From a virus, in the IMG/VR virus record IMGVR_UViG_3300043774_000178, positions 1 through 64,000 of that record: a stretch of 64,000 nucleotides of DNA. One strand, written 5' to 3'. Below the pieces are notes generated by a model. It was not told the origin of the DNA, did not search any database, and was given only the letters and a program-made list of their open reading frames with translations. Shown here piece after piece: positions 1-8,433 of this stretch (its first letter is position 1; each line of letters opens with the position of its first letter). Both the position numbers and the translations under genes were made by a program.

Positions 1-1
1 C

Positions 2-622
2 AAAAATAACTTCACACTTGACTTGTTCCGTTCTGAGATCTACAACTTCTTCAATGGTAAGGTTGAGTTCCAAGGTCCAGATCCAAAACGTAGCCTAGTT
101 GTACAAACTGGTATGGGTGGTATGCGTATGGTTAATGAAGCTATCAAGAGAGAAGCTATCTCTTCTGGTCTTCTTATCCAAGCTGCTGATATCGGTGCTA
201 TCACTGGTAAAGGTATGGACTTGAACTTTGGATTTGCATACACTTCATATGTTATCCCATTCTTGGCTAACGTGAAGTTTGTATTGAACCCTGCATTTGA
301 CAACGTTCATACTAATGATATTGAGAACCCAATCATTGATGGATTCCCATTGTCTTCTTACTCATTCATTATCTTTGATATCACTGATAACACTAATGAC
401 AACATCTTCTTGTTGAAACTTTCTTGGGATAACCAATTGAAGTGGTGGTATCAAAATGGTACAATGGATTATATGGGTAGAACACAAGGATTCCAGTCTT
501 CTGGACAATTCAATGGGTACCGTGTAATGATGTCTCAAACAATGCCAGCTATCTGGGTTAAGGATCCTACTAAGGTTCTTAAGATTGTTATGAGAAACCC
601 AATTACCGGTGGATCATTCTAA
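2..622 (+). CDS. major capsid protein, C-terminal part (5'-truncated by the window edge)
   Basis: The frame is open from base 2 (KNNFTLDLFRSEIY...). Motifs VVQTGMGG, FGFAYTSY, LNPAFDN and AIWVKDPTK resemble crAss-like HK97-fold MCP C-termini. A strong terminator follows, and CGT Arg codons suggest high expression. Confidence 0.85.
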   Translation, partial: KNNFTLDLFRSEIYNFFNGKVEFQGPDPKRSLVVQTGMGGMRMVNEAIKREAISSGLLIQAADIGAITGKGMDLNFGFAYTSYVIPFLANVKFVLNPAFDNVHTNDIENPIIDGFPLSSYSFIIFDITDNTNDNIFLLKLSWDNQLKWWYQNGTMDYMGRTQGFQSSGQFNGYRVMMSQTMPAIWVKDPTKVLKIVMRNPITGGSF

Positions 623-639
623 TATATAAACCAAGAGAT

Positions 640-669
640 GGGGGAGACTAAACACCTCCCCCTTTTCTT
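640..669 (+). terminator. intrinsic terminator after the MCP gene
   Basis: GGGGGAG-loop-CTCCCCC stem followed by TTTTCTT. Confidence 0.8.
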
Positions 670-711
670 ATTAAAATTTTTAACCAACAAATAATAAAAC
701 CAACAAACAAA

Positions 712-1728
712 ATGGAAAGTACAAATTTTACAATGGTTCAGACTAGTGAGAATAGAAAGACTCCTATATCTATTAAACCATATTTTGACAAATCAGTATC
801 AAACATGGGATTAGAAATCTATAATCTTTCCCTATTTGACGGTGTTAAACACAGTGAGCAATTAGCTTGCATAGAGAGGAATGGAGTAGTTCAGTATCTT
901 ACTGGATTAAATGAATTTGCTCCTGAGATTAAACTATTACCAGAAGAAGAGAGAGTAGCTAGAGTAAAAGAAATCAGAAGAGCTATTGCTGAATTAGAAA
1001 AAGAGTTAGCAGCTAATGTTCTTGATATTGAAGATACTCACTTCTGGAACAATGTAAAATTACTTAAACCAGATAATGCTGAGTTTTGGAATAAGATATC
1101 TATATCTTGTGGCAATGAACCAGTATACTTAGATCCTAAAGATCCATTTGATAGAATTAAACTTTATGCAATTGAAGCAGGAGGTTTCTCAATTGTAGCA
1201 AAAAATTATGATGAAGCTAGATCAAAAGCTGTTCCACCAAAATTCTATCTTGATAAAGAACAAGAAACTGCAGTTGTTAAAACAGAATACAAGAAGCTTA
1301 AAAACAAAGCACTTTCTGAACTTCAAAAACTATTTGATAAGAATAGCACAAAACTTTTCTACATTGCTAAAGCAGTAGACTTAGCTAGTGTACAGTATAA
1401 GAAACATACACCAAATGATATTATCTATGATAACATGGATAGACATATCAATGGTGAAGGTACTGAAGGTAATAAAGAAAGAGCAGCACAAGGCTTCTTA
1501 GATGCAGCTGCTATGGATATGGAAACATTAAAAGTTAAGGCAATTGTAAAAGATTCCATATTTTTTAAGTATATTATTAATAAGACTGATGGACACATCT
1601 ATCATGTAAAAACAAATACAATGATGGGTAGAAACATAAGTGAAGTTATTGAGTACTTGAAGAACCCGCTAAATGAGGATATTCTTAAAGATCTTAATAA
1701 CAAGATTGAAAAGTTATGGAACTCTTAA
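712..1728 (+). CDS. conserved crAss-like head-module protein (gene-75-like)
   Basis: 338 aa, directly after the MCP gene. The FW...YLDPKDPFDRIKLYAI segment resembles the conserved crAss post-MCP protein. Confidence 0.55.
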   Translation: MESTNFTMVQTSENRKTPISIKPYFDKSVSNMGLEIYNLSLFDGVKHSEQLACIERNGVVQYLTGLNEFAPEIKLLPEEERVARVKEIRRAIAELEKELAANVLDIEDTHFWNNVKLLKPDNAEFWNKISISCGNEPVYLDPKDPFDRIKLYAIEAGGFSIVAKNYDEARSKAVPPKFYLDKEQETAVVKTEYKKLKNKALSELQKLFDKNSTKLFYIAKAVDLASVQYKKHTPNDIIYDNMDRHINGEGTEGNKERAAQGFLDAAAMDMETLKVKAIVKDSIFFKYIINKTDGHIYHVKTNTMMGRNISEVIEYLKNPLNEDILKDLNNKIEKLWNS

Positions 1729-1740
1729 TTTATATATAAA

Positions 1741-2346
1741 ATGAAAACTAAAATGCAAAAAGGTGGTACTGCCAGAAATAAAAAAATGGAAAACCCACCT
1801 AAGCCTCCTATGAAGAAAGGAGGATCTGTTAGAAAAATGCAAGCAGGTGGGCAATCTGATAAACCTTATACTAGACCTAAAGAATTTCTACCTGAAAAAG
1901 GTCCTATAACGGATATGAAAGAAAGAAAAGATCTAGCAGACCTCTTGCTTAAATATAAAGCGGATCCTAGAGTTACTAGAGAAATAATGAGAACAGGCCA
2001 ACTTGCTCCTGATATAACACTAAAGACTAAACCTTCTTCTGAAATGCGTGTTGGTAAAACCATGAAAAAAGGTGGTGCTATGAAAAAAATGCAAAAAGGT
2101 GGATTACAAAAAGCAGCAACAAAAAGAAGAACAATTGAGAAGATGATGACAGGAGGTATGGTTAATCCTAACTCTTCTGTATCTGTACTAAAAGCTGCAG
2201 GTTCTAAAGGTGTTGCATCTGGAGTTAATCCAAAAGCTTCATCTTCTAAAGTAGCTGGTAGTAGAGGATCTGGTAAAGTAAACACTCCTCCTTCAAAAGC
2301 TGTACCTACTGCAAAGAGAGGAGGTATGGTTAAAAAGAAAAGATAA
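1741..2346 (+). CDS. basic low-complexity protein with 7 [M/A]xxGG motifs; putative internal head/DNA-condensing polyprotein
   Basis: Lys-rich; contains MQKGG x2, MKKGG x2, MQAGG, MMTGG and AKRGG. Confidence 0.6.
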   Translation: MKTKMQKGGTARNKKMENPPKPPMKKGGSVRKMQAGGQSDKPYTRPKEFLPEKGPITDMKERKDLADLLLKYKADPRVTREIMRTGQLAPDITLKTKPSSEMRVGKTMKKGGAMKKMQKGGLQKAATKRRTIEKMMTGGMVNPNSSVSVLKAAGSKGVASGVNPKASSSKVAGSRGSGKVNTPPSKAVPTAKRGGMVKKKR

Positions 2347-2347
2347 T

Positions 2348-2674
2348 ATGAAAAGAATAATTAAATCTACAAAAGACTTCATGAGAATGACTAAGGTTGT
2401 TTCTCAGTACTATACAGTTAGAAACACAATTAAAAATTTTATATCTTCCCCTAAAGAAGAAGTAAAAGAAGAAGAAGTTCCTGCTGAGGTTGTGGTTGAA
2501 GAAACAATAGTTATAGAAGAACCTGTAGCCACTGAAGTAGAACAACCTGTGGAAGTTGTAGTAGAAAAGAAAGTATCAAAACCTAGAGCACCTAGAAAAA
2601 AGGTAGTAAAAGAAGTTACTGAAGAACCGGTAGCTAAGAAAGCTCCAAGGAAAAGAAAAAAGAAAGATGCCTAA
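2348..2674 (+). CDS. small protein with an acidic middle and histone-H1-like basic tail
   Basis: E/V-rich core, then KPRAPRKK and KKAPRKRKKK. Confidence 0.55.
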   Translation: MKRIIKSTKDFMRMTKVVSQYYTVRNTIKNFISSPKEEVKEEEVPAEVVVEETIVIEEPVATEVEQPVEVVVEKKVSKPRAPRKKVVKEVTEEPVAKKAPRKRKKKDA

Positions 2675-3005
2675 AGACGCGTGTTATCATAGTGTAAAAG
2701 CAAGGTATGCAGTATTCCCCTCAGCAAGAGCTTCTCAGGCTATTGCTAAGTGTAGGAAGAAATCTGGAACTGTTAGAAAAACAGAGAAAGGTACTGAGCT
2801 TAAAAGATGGCAAGCAGAAAAGTGGCAAGATACAAAATCAGGAAAACCTTGTGGGGCAGGTGGTAAAAATGAATACTGCCGCCCCACTAAAAGGGTTTCT
2901 AGTAAAACACCAAAAACCAAGTATGAACTAACTCCTTCTAAACTAGCTGCTAAGAAAGCTGAAAAGTCTAGAGTAGGTATGGGAAGAAGAGTTAAAAAAG
3001 TATAG
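2667..3005 (+). CDS. small basic phage protein, DUF5872-like
   Basis: KDACY...PSARAS...CRKK and LKRW.AEKW.D...PCG...YCRPTKRVSSKTPKT pattern. Confidence 0.6.
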   Translation: MPKDACYHSVKARYAVFPSARASQAIAKCRKKSGTVRKTEKGTELKRWQAEKWQDTKSGKPCGAGGKNEYCRPTKRVSSKTPKTKYELTPSKLAAKKAEKSRVGMGRRVKKV

Positions 3006-3007
3006 TT

Positions 3008-3256
3008 ATGGCAGTGAGAAAAACAACAACAACAACTAGAAAAGCTCCAGCTAAGAAATCATCCTCTTCAGTTGGTATTTCTATTATGGGAGGTAGTAAA
3101 GCAGAAATGAGAAAGTGGGAAGTAGAATCTGCTATGTCTACATTAAAGAGAGCAGCAGAGATTCAGAAAAATGCTAAGCTCATGGCTGATGTAAAAAAGA
3201 TGGCTACTGAACAAGCAAGGATGTTTACCAATCTTGCTAATGGTAAAATGAAATAA
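3008..3256 (+). CDS. small basic hypothetical protein
   Basis: 82 aa, tightly packed in the operon; contains a KWEVESAMSTLKRAAEI helix. Confidence 0.6.
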   Translation: MAVRKTTTTTRKAPAKKSSSSVGISIMGGSKAEMRKWEVESAMSTLKRAAEIQKNAKLMADVKKMATEQARMFTNLANGKMK

Positions 3257-3258
3257 TC

Positions 3259-3609
3259 ATGGCAAGTAGTAGAGCACAACAAGCAGCAATAGCTATCTCA
3301 ATGAAGAAAGCTGGTAAGAAACCTAAGATGGCTAAAGGTGGCTCTACACCTGCATGGACAAGAAAAGAAGGTAAGAATCCTACAGGTGGACTTAATGCTA
3401 AAGGAGTAGCAAGTTATAGAGCAGCTAATCCAGGTTCTAAATTACAGACTGCTGTAACTACTAAACCTTCTAAGCTTAAGCCTGGAAGTAAAGATGCTAA
3501 AAGACGTAAAAGCTTTTGTGCTAGAATGTCAGGTATGCCAGGACCTATGAAAGATGAAAAAGGAAGACCAACAAGAAAAGCTCTTTCATTAAGAAAGTGG
3601 AATTGTTAA
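3259..3609 (+). CDS. small basic protein, DUF6321-like, with an N-terminal MAKGG motif
   Basis: AWTRKEGKNPTGGLNAKG...RRKSFCARMSG...SLRKWNC. Confidence 0.65.
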   Translation: MASSRAQQAAIAISMKKAGKKPKMAKGGSTPAWTRKEGKNPTGGLNAKGVASYRAANPGSKLQTAVTTKPSKLKPGSKDAKRRKSFCARMSGMPGPMKDEKGRPTRKALSLRKWNC

Positions 3610-3622
3610 TTTATATATAGTC

Positions 3623-4222
3623 ATGAAAAAATTAGGATGTGCTAAATGCGGGGGCTCCATGAAAAAAGGAGGACCTGTTAAGATGAAAAAGATGGCAGAG
3701 GGTGGTACTGCTAAAAGAAATATATCTAAACCAGGTGCTGGATTTGCAGCTGCTACTATAGGTAGTAATCAACCTGTAAATGTTTTTGGTATTCCTAATG
3801 CAGGTCAAACAGGACCTAATAGAAGAGTTACTACTGAGACTATGCAGAAAGGAGGAAACTTTGCACCAAACCGTGCAGTGCAATCCTCTTGCAGAAATGG
3901 TATGGTGAGAGATGAGAATGGTAGATGTGTTATGATGCGTACAATGCAGAAAGGAGGTGCATCACTACCTGACTTTAGTAAAGATGGTAAGATTACTCAG
4001 AAAGATGTTCTCATGGGTAGAGGAGTTATTCCTAAAGCTAAGAAAGGTGGTAACTGGATTCAAGGTGCAATTAAAAAACCTGGTGCTTTAAGAGAAGCTC
4101 TTGGAGTAAAAAAAGGTGAGACAATTCCTAAAGGTAAATTAAAAGCTGCTGCAGCAAAAGGAGGTAAGATTGGTCAAAGAGCAAGACTTGCTATCACACT
4201 TGGTAAAATGCGTAAAGGATAA
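3623..4222 (+). CDS. basic modular protein with 6-7 xxxGG motifs
   Basis: MKKGG, MAEGG, MQKGG x2 and AKKGG separate small modules, including the EF-hand-like DFSKDGKITQKD and a NWIQGAIKKPGALR...RARLAITL module. Confidence 0.65.
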   Translation: MKKLGCAKCGGSMKKGGPVKMKKMAEGGTAKRNISKPGAGFAAATIGSNQPVNVFGIPNAGQTGPNRRVTTETMQKGGNFAPNRAVQSSCRNGMVRDENGRCVMMRTMQKGGASLPDFSKDGKITQKDVLMGRGVIPKAKKGGNWIQGAIKKPGALREALGVKKGETIPKGKLKAAAAKGGKIGQRARLAITLGKMRKG

Positions 4223-4226
4223 GATT

Positions 4227-4631
4227 ATGAAAAAGACAAATAAACCTAGTAATCCACTTAAAGTCTTTAATGATAATAGAGCTATGGCTTATAAAAAAGC
4301 TGGTGGTGCTATGAAAGATTTTAAGAAGTCTTTACCTAAAGCTCAGACTGGTAAATCTGTAAAACCCTTGACACTAAAGGATAAAGAAGGATATCAATGG
4401 AATATTGATACTACAGGTTATGCTAAAGGAGTGAAGAATTTTTATCCATACGAAAAACCATATCCTGGAGTTAAAGGTGTTTTGACCAAAGCCGAAATGG
4501 ATAAAGTAATGTCTAATGTTGGTAAAGCTGTAGGTACTGCAAAAGGTCCCGGAGCTTTGGCAAAAGCTGCTGCTAATGCTACTAAATCTAAAAAAGCTAA
4601 AGGAGGCTCAGTTAAATCTAGAAAGAAGTAA
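4227..4631 (+). CDS. basic hypothetical protein with GG motifs
   Basis: The probable start is ATG 4227, just after the upstream stop (the ORF track starts at 4170). Contains KKAGG, KAQTG and KAKGG. Confidence 0.6.
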   Translation: MKKTNKPSNPLKVFNDNRAMAYKKAGGAMKDFKKSLPKAQTGKSVKPLTLKDKEGYQWNIDTTGYAKGVKNFYPYEKPYPGVKGVLTKAEMDKVMSNVGKAVGTAKGPGALAKAAANATKSKKAKGGSVKSRKK

Positions 4632-4634
4632 CAA

Positions 4635-5333
4635 ATGCTCAATAGTACAATTACCATAAAGATAAAACAAAGGCTCAATAAACTTGACAGCCAAGACTAT
4701 GACAACATTGAATGTTGGCAAGTAGTTGAGGCATTTAATAAAGCTCAAGTAGAATGGGCTAGAAGACAGCTTCATGGTATTAACATTGTTAAAGAAGGTG
4801 ATGAGCAATCTACTAGAAGAATAGATGACCTTCAGGTATTACTTAATACTCAGAACTTACCTATTGCTGATGAAGAGTATTATTACTCTGGGCCTGTTCC
4901 TGATAATTATCTTCAGTGGAAAAGAGTAGACACCTTTGCAAACAAAGACTGTTGTGATAAAAGACGTATGGTAGTTTACTTAGCAGAAGAAGCTAACTTA
5001 AATAATCTTTTAAGAGATGAAGGTAAGAAACCTAGCTTTGAATGGGCAGAGACTTTTGCTACTCTAAAAGATAATAGAGTTAATGTCTATACAAATGGAG
5101 ACTTTGAAATTGAGTCAGCTTCTCTTACATACTATAGACAACCTGCTAAGATCCAAGTTCAAGGATGTGTGGATCCATATACCGGGGTTGAAACACTAAC
5201 AGAAGTACAGTGTGAGTTTAAAGATGATATAATAGAATTAATAATTGATGAAGCAGCAAGTATTCTAGGTGGAGATATTGAATCAGGTAACCAATTCTCT
5301 AGAGGTACAGAAACTGCAGAACGTAACAATTAA
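4635..5333 (+). CDS. head-tail connector / tail ring protein (crAss gene-74-like)
   Basis: LNKLDSQDY...FNKAQ...EQSTRRIDDL...LTYYRQP...CEF...IIDEA pattern typical of crAss-like ring/adaptor proteins. Confidence 0.65.
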   Translation: MLNSTITIKIKQRLNKLDSQDYDNIECWQVVEAFNKAQVEWARRQLHGINIVKEGDEQSTRRIDDLQVLLNTQNLPIADEEYYYSGPVPDNYLQWKRVDTFANKDCCDKRRMVVYLAEEANLNNLLRDEGKKPSFEWAETFATLKDNRVNVYTNGDFEIESASLTYYRQPAKIQVQGCVDPYTGVETLTEVQCEFKDDIIELIIDEAASILGGDIESGNQFSRGTETAERNN

Positions 5334-5338
5334 TAACA

Positions 5339-5857
5339 ATGGAGACAAAATCAAGAATGTTAAAAAGAAATCCAGAACCAGCTAAGACTATAGCAAGACC
5401 TACTGTTACTGTTACACAACCTAAGAGTGAACCTGCTAAACCTCAACCAACTCCAGATACAGGAGTAGGAGGAAGCTCTCTAGATACTATGACTGCAGCA
5501 TGCGCTACTGAATTTATGAATGCTAGAACTAGTTTTCACAAACTACATTTAAAAGTTACTGGACCTGGATCATATGCAGCTCACAAAGCACTTAATGATT
5601 TGTATGATGCTTTACCTGATCACGCTGATTCACTTATAGAAGGTTATCAAGGAGCGGCTGAGAAGTTACTTTCTTATACAGAAACACAACCAAGAGCTCT
5701 AGATGATGTAGCAGATGCAGTTAATTACATAAGAGATCTTACTGCTATGGTTACAAAACTGCAAGGAAAAATGCCTTATTCTGAAATAGTAAATAACTTA
5801 GATACAGCAAAAGATACTTTCAATTCTGCTAAGTACAAATTATTATTCCTGAAATAG
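5339..5857 (+). CDS. ferritin/Dps-like protein (DUF5856-like) with a Pro/Thr-rich N-terminal extension
   Basis: HKLHLKVTGPGSYAAHKALNDLYD...DSLIEGYQG four-helix motif. Confidence 0.7.
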   Translation: METKSRMLKRNPEPAKTIARPTVTVTQPKSEPAKPQPTPDTGVGGSSLDTMTAACATEFMNARTSFHKLHLKVTGPGSYAAHKALNDLYDALPDHADSLIEGYQGAAEKLLSYTETQPRALDDVADAVNYIRDLTAMVTKLQGKMPYSEIVNNLDTAKDTFNSAKYKLLFLK

Positions 5858-5924
5858 TTTGGAATTTTAAACAGGATTCCTTATATTATATAGTGTATAT
5901 ATTTATTAATTAAAACAAAAAACA

Positions 5925-7574
5925 ATGGCTTATTTTAATCATGCTTTTAGAAAGTCATTTTTAGCTACAGGTTTAGATAACAACAATCTAAACATTACGC
6001 TATTAGATGGCTCTGTTCTATCAGTAGACACAGATGGTGGTTTTTTAACTACAGCTGGAGTTCCTACTTATGGATTGAATCTAATTTCACAAGAGGTTGA
6101 AGCTGGTGCTTCTCCTTATGTTAGTGGTTACATTGGATTATTTAATCCTCAAACTAACCTATCAGTATTTGAACCAACTGGTTGTTGTCCTTTGTATCTT
6201 GCTGGTTCAGCAATTTACTCTAATGACAAAATTGGTAAGTTCCACGGAGGTTACCAAGAGACTAACAAGTCTAAAGTAATCAATCCACGTTACGTATCTA
6301 GATTCTACTCTGTAGCTCCATGTGAGCCTCAGAATGAAGTAGTACACGTAGGTTCTACTTATTACACTGCAGGTGGTGGTGTTACAGGTATAGGTGCAAT
6401 TGGTGGTGTTAATACAGGATATACTTCTGGTATTACAACTGTAACTGGTGGTAATGGAGTTGGATTAGTAGTTCAGTTTACTGCTGCTGCGGGAGTTGTA
6501 ACATCAATTGATGCAATTCTTAATCCTGGTAAAAATTATGATAACGGTGATGTTATTACACTTGTTGGTGGTGGTAACAATGCTACTGTAGTTTTAGTAG
6601 TTGCTGATGAAAATGGTGTTGGTGGTGCTAACTGTTGTAAAGAGTTTTTGTGTGGTGAAAACTACCACTTACGTCTTGACATCAAAGGTTCTCCTGCACT
6701 ACGTTTCTTAGATCACAATGCATACTATACTGCTGATGCTTACACTGGTTGTTGTCCTGAAGGATCAATTGCCCCTACTCCAGTTGACTCAACTCTTGTA
6801 ATGATTCAGTGGGCTACTGCAATCTTGAGATCTCCAATTGTATCTCCTTTTGTACAAGTAGTAGTACAAGATCAAGAAGGTGTACTTTGGTATGCTCCAG
6901 GTACTTCTGCTGCTTTCTTAGCTGCTAACGGAGGTGATACTTGGGATCATTACAATGATGGAATTAATCACACTTCTCCAGGATATATTGAAGGAGCTTG
7001 TGCTGGTTTGATCTTTAATGGTGCTTATGTAGATACTCGTTTTGGAGATTGTACTTTCCAAATCTCTGACTTCTATGAAAAAGAGCCTGTAAAAATCTAC
7101 ATCTCTGAGATGGATCTTAACGGTGACCCGTGTACATTTGATGGTATCTGTGTATACAAAGAGTGTGAAGGTCTTCAAGTTCAAGGTCTTGGTGAAACAG
7201 TTTTACGTGATATGATTCTTTCTGAATCCTACAGACAAAACTTCTTTGCTACTGACTTCAGGATTAGAGAGATTACTCAAGGAAACCAGATTGTTGCTTC
7301 TATTGACCGTACTGCTTTGTACTGGAGATATTACTTGCAACACAGCATTCCACGTCACAATAACCCTACTGGTACTTTTGATTCTGATCAGTATTTGTTA
7401 GAGATCTATTCATTTGACAGATTGACTGCATTTGAAAATGATACAGCTGCTTGGTTAGATGGATGTGGTGTTTGTGAAATAAATGTTGGTGACGATGAGT
7501 ACACTTGTTTGACTCAGTGTGATGTTCCGATTAACTTCCCAGTTATCCCGGCTATCACTCCATCATTGAACTAA
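5925..7574 (+). CDS. abundant virion structural protein (auxiliary capsid/decoration-like, crAss gene-73-like)
   Basis: 549 aa, with its own promoter-like upstream region and a downstream terminator. Codon usage suggests high expression; FLCGENYHLRLDIKG motif. Confidence 0.5.
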   Translation: MAYFNHAFRKSFLATGLDNNNLNITLLDGSVLSVDTDGGFLTTAGVPTYGLNLISQEVEAGASPYVSGYIGLFNPQTNLSVFEPTGCCPLYLAGSAIYSNDKIGKFHGGYQETNKSKVINPRYVSRFYSVAPCEPQNEVVHVGSTYYTAGGGVTGIGAIGGVNTGYTSGITTVTGGNGVGLVVQFTAAAGVVTSIDAILNPGKNYDNGDVITLVGGGNNATVVLVVADENGVGGANCCKEFLCGENYHLRLDIKGSPALRFLDHNAYYTADAYTGCCPEGSIAPTPVDSTLVMIQWATAILRSPIVSPFVQVVVQDQEGVLWYAPGTSAAFLAANGGDTWDHYNDGINHTSPGYIEGACAGLIFNGAYVDTRFGDCTFQISDFYEKEPVKIYISEMDLNGDPCTFDGICVYKECEGLQVQGLGETVLRDMILSESYRQNFFATDFRIREITQGNQIVASIDRTALYWRYYLQHSIPRHNNPTGTFDSDQYLLEIYSFDRLTAFENDTAAWLDGCGVCEINVGDDEYTCLTQCDVPINFPVIPAITPSLN

Positions 7575-7589
7575 TAAAACAACAACTTA

Positions 7590-7635
7590 AGAAAAGGGAG
7601 AGTGGGAGTTAATCTCTCCTCTCCTTTTCTTTTTT
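7590..7635 (+). terminator. intrinsic terminator
   Basis: AGAAAAGGGAG...CTCCTTTTCT stem followed by a T run. Confidence 0.75.
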
Positions 7636-7647
7636 ATATTATTTCTT

Positions 7648-8190
7648 ATGGCAAATCATGTCTTAAGTCTAGAAGTACCTACAGTAATGAATCCTTGTAT
7701 AATGTCTATACATGATACAAGTGTTTATTCTGATATAGTACCAATTACATGTGAGACCCTTAATGTAACTGTACCTGGATTCCAGTACTCAAATCAGTTT
7801 GATGTTGCTGCAGGATTTACAAAGATTATTACAGCATGTGATTTACAAATACAAGCTGGTGGTTGTGGAGAAACATATGCTAATATACCAGACGGTATTT
7901 ATATTATAAAATACAGTGTGTCTCCAAATGATCTGGTATATGTAGAGTACAATCATTTAAGAATTACTCAAGCTTTAGTGAGGTATAATAAAGCTTTGTG
8001 TAAATTAGATCTTGCAGCATGTGATCCTACAGTTGCTGTAAGAGAAAAGCTAGAAAAACTTAGAATGATAAAGTCATATCTTGATGCGGCTAAAGCAAAA
8101 GTAGAGTACTGCTTAGAGCCTCAGAAAGGAATGAGTTTATATAACTACGCACTCAGACTTCTTGATAAGCTTGATTGCAAAACATGTTAA
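7648..8190 (+). CDS. virion structural protein (tail hub-like)
   Basis: I.DTSVY...L.VTVPG...IPDGIYIIKYSVSP pattern seen in crAss-like tail proteins. Confidence 0.5.
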   Translation: MANHVLSLEVPTVMNPCIMSIHDTSVYSDIVPITCETLNVTVPGFQYSNQFDVAAGFTKIITACDLQIQAGGCGETYANIPDGIYIIKYSVSPNDLVYVEYNHLRITQALVRYNKALCKLDLAACDPTVAVREKLEKLRMIKSYLDAAKAKVEYCLEPQKGMSLYNYALRLLDKLDCKTC

Positions 8191-8210
8191 ACAAATAAAA
8201 CCAACAAATC

Positions 8211-8432
8211 ATGGCAAAATGTGGAAATTGTGGGAAAGCATTATCCTGCGGATGTCAAAAAAGAAAAGCTTCTAATGGAGCTGCTGTATGTAGTAATTGT
8301 ATAAAGAGTTATGAGCTAACCCTTGTAAACAAAACAGTAAAACCATTAGAGACTAATATTGAAGAAGATGTAAATAAACTGAGCACTCCTCCTTCTTGGA
8401 AGAAAGTGTATCAGAGTAGACAAATAAAATAA
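8211..8432 (+). CDS. small Cys-rich (zinc-finger-like) protein
   Basis: CGNC-x5-CGC-x11-CSNC. Confidence 0.55.
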   Translation: MAKCGNCGKALSCGCQKRKASNGAAVCSNCIKSYELTLVNKTVKPLETNIEEDVNKLSTPPSWKKVYQSRQIK

Positions 8433-8433
8433 A

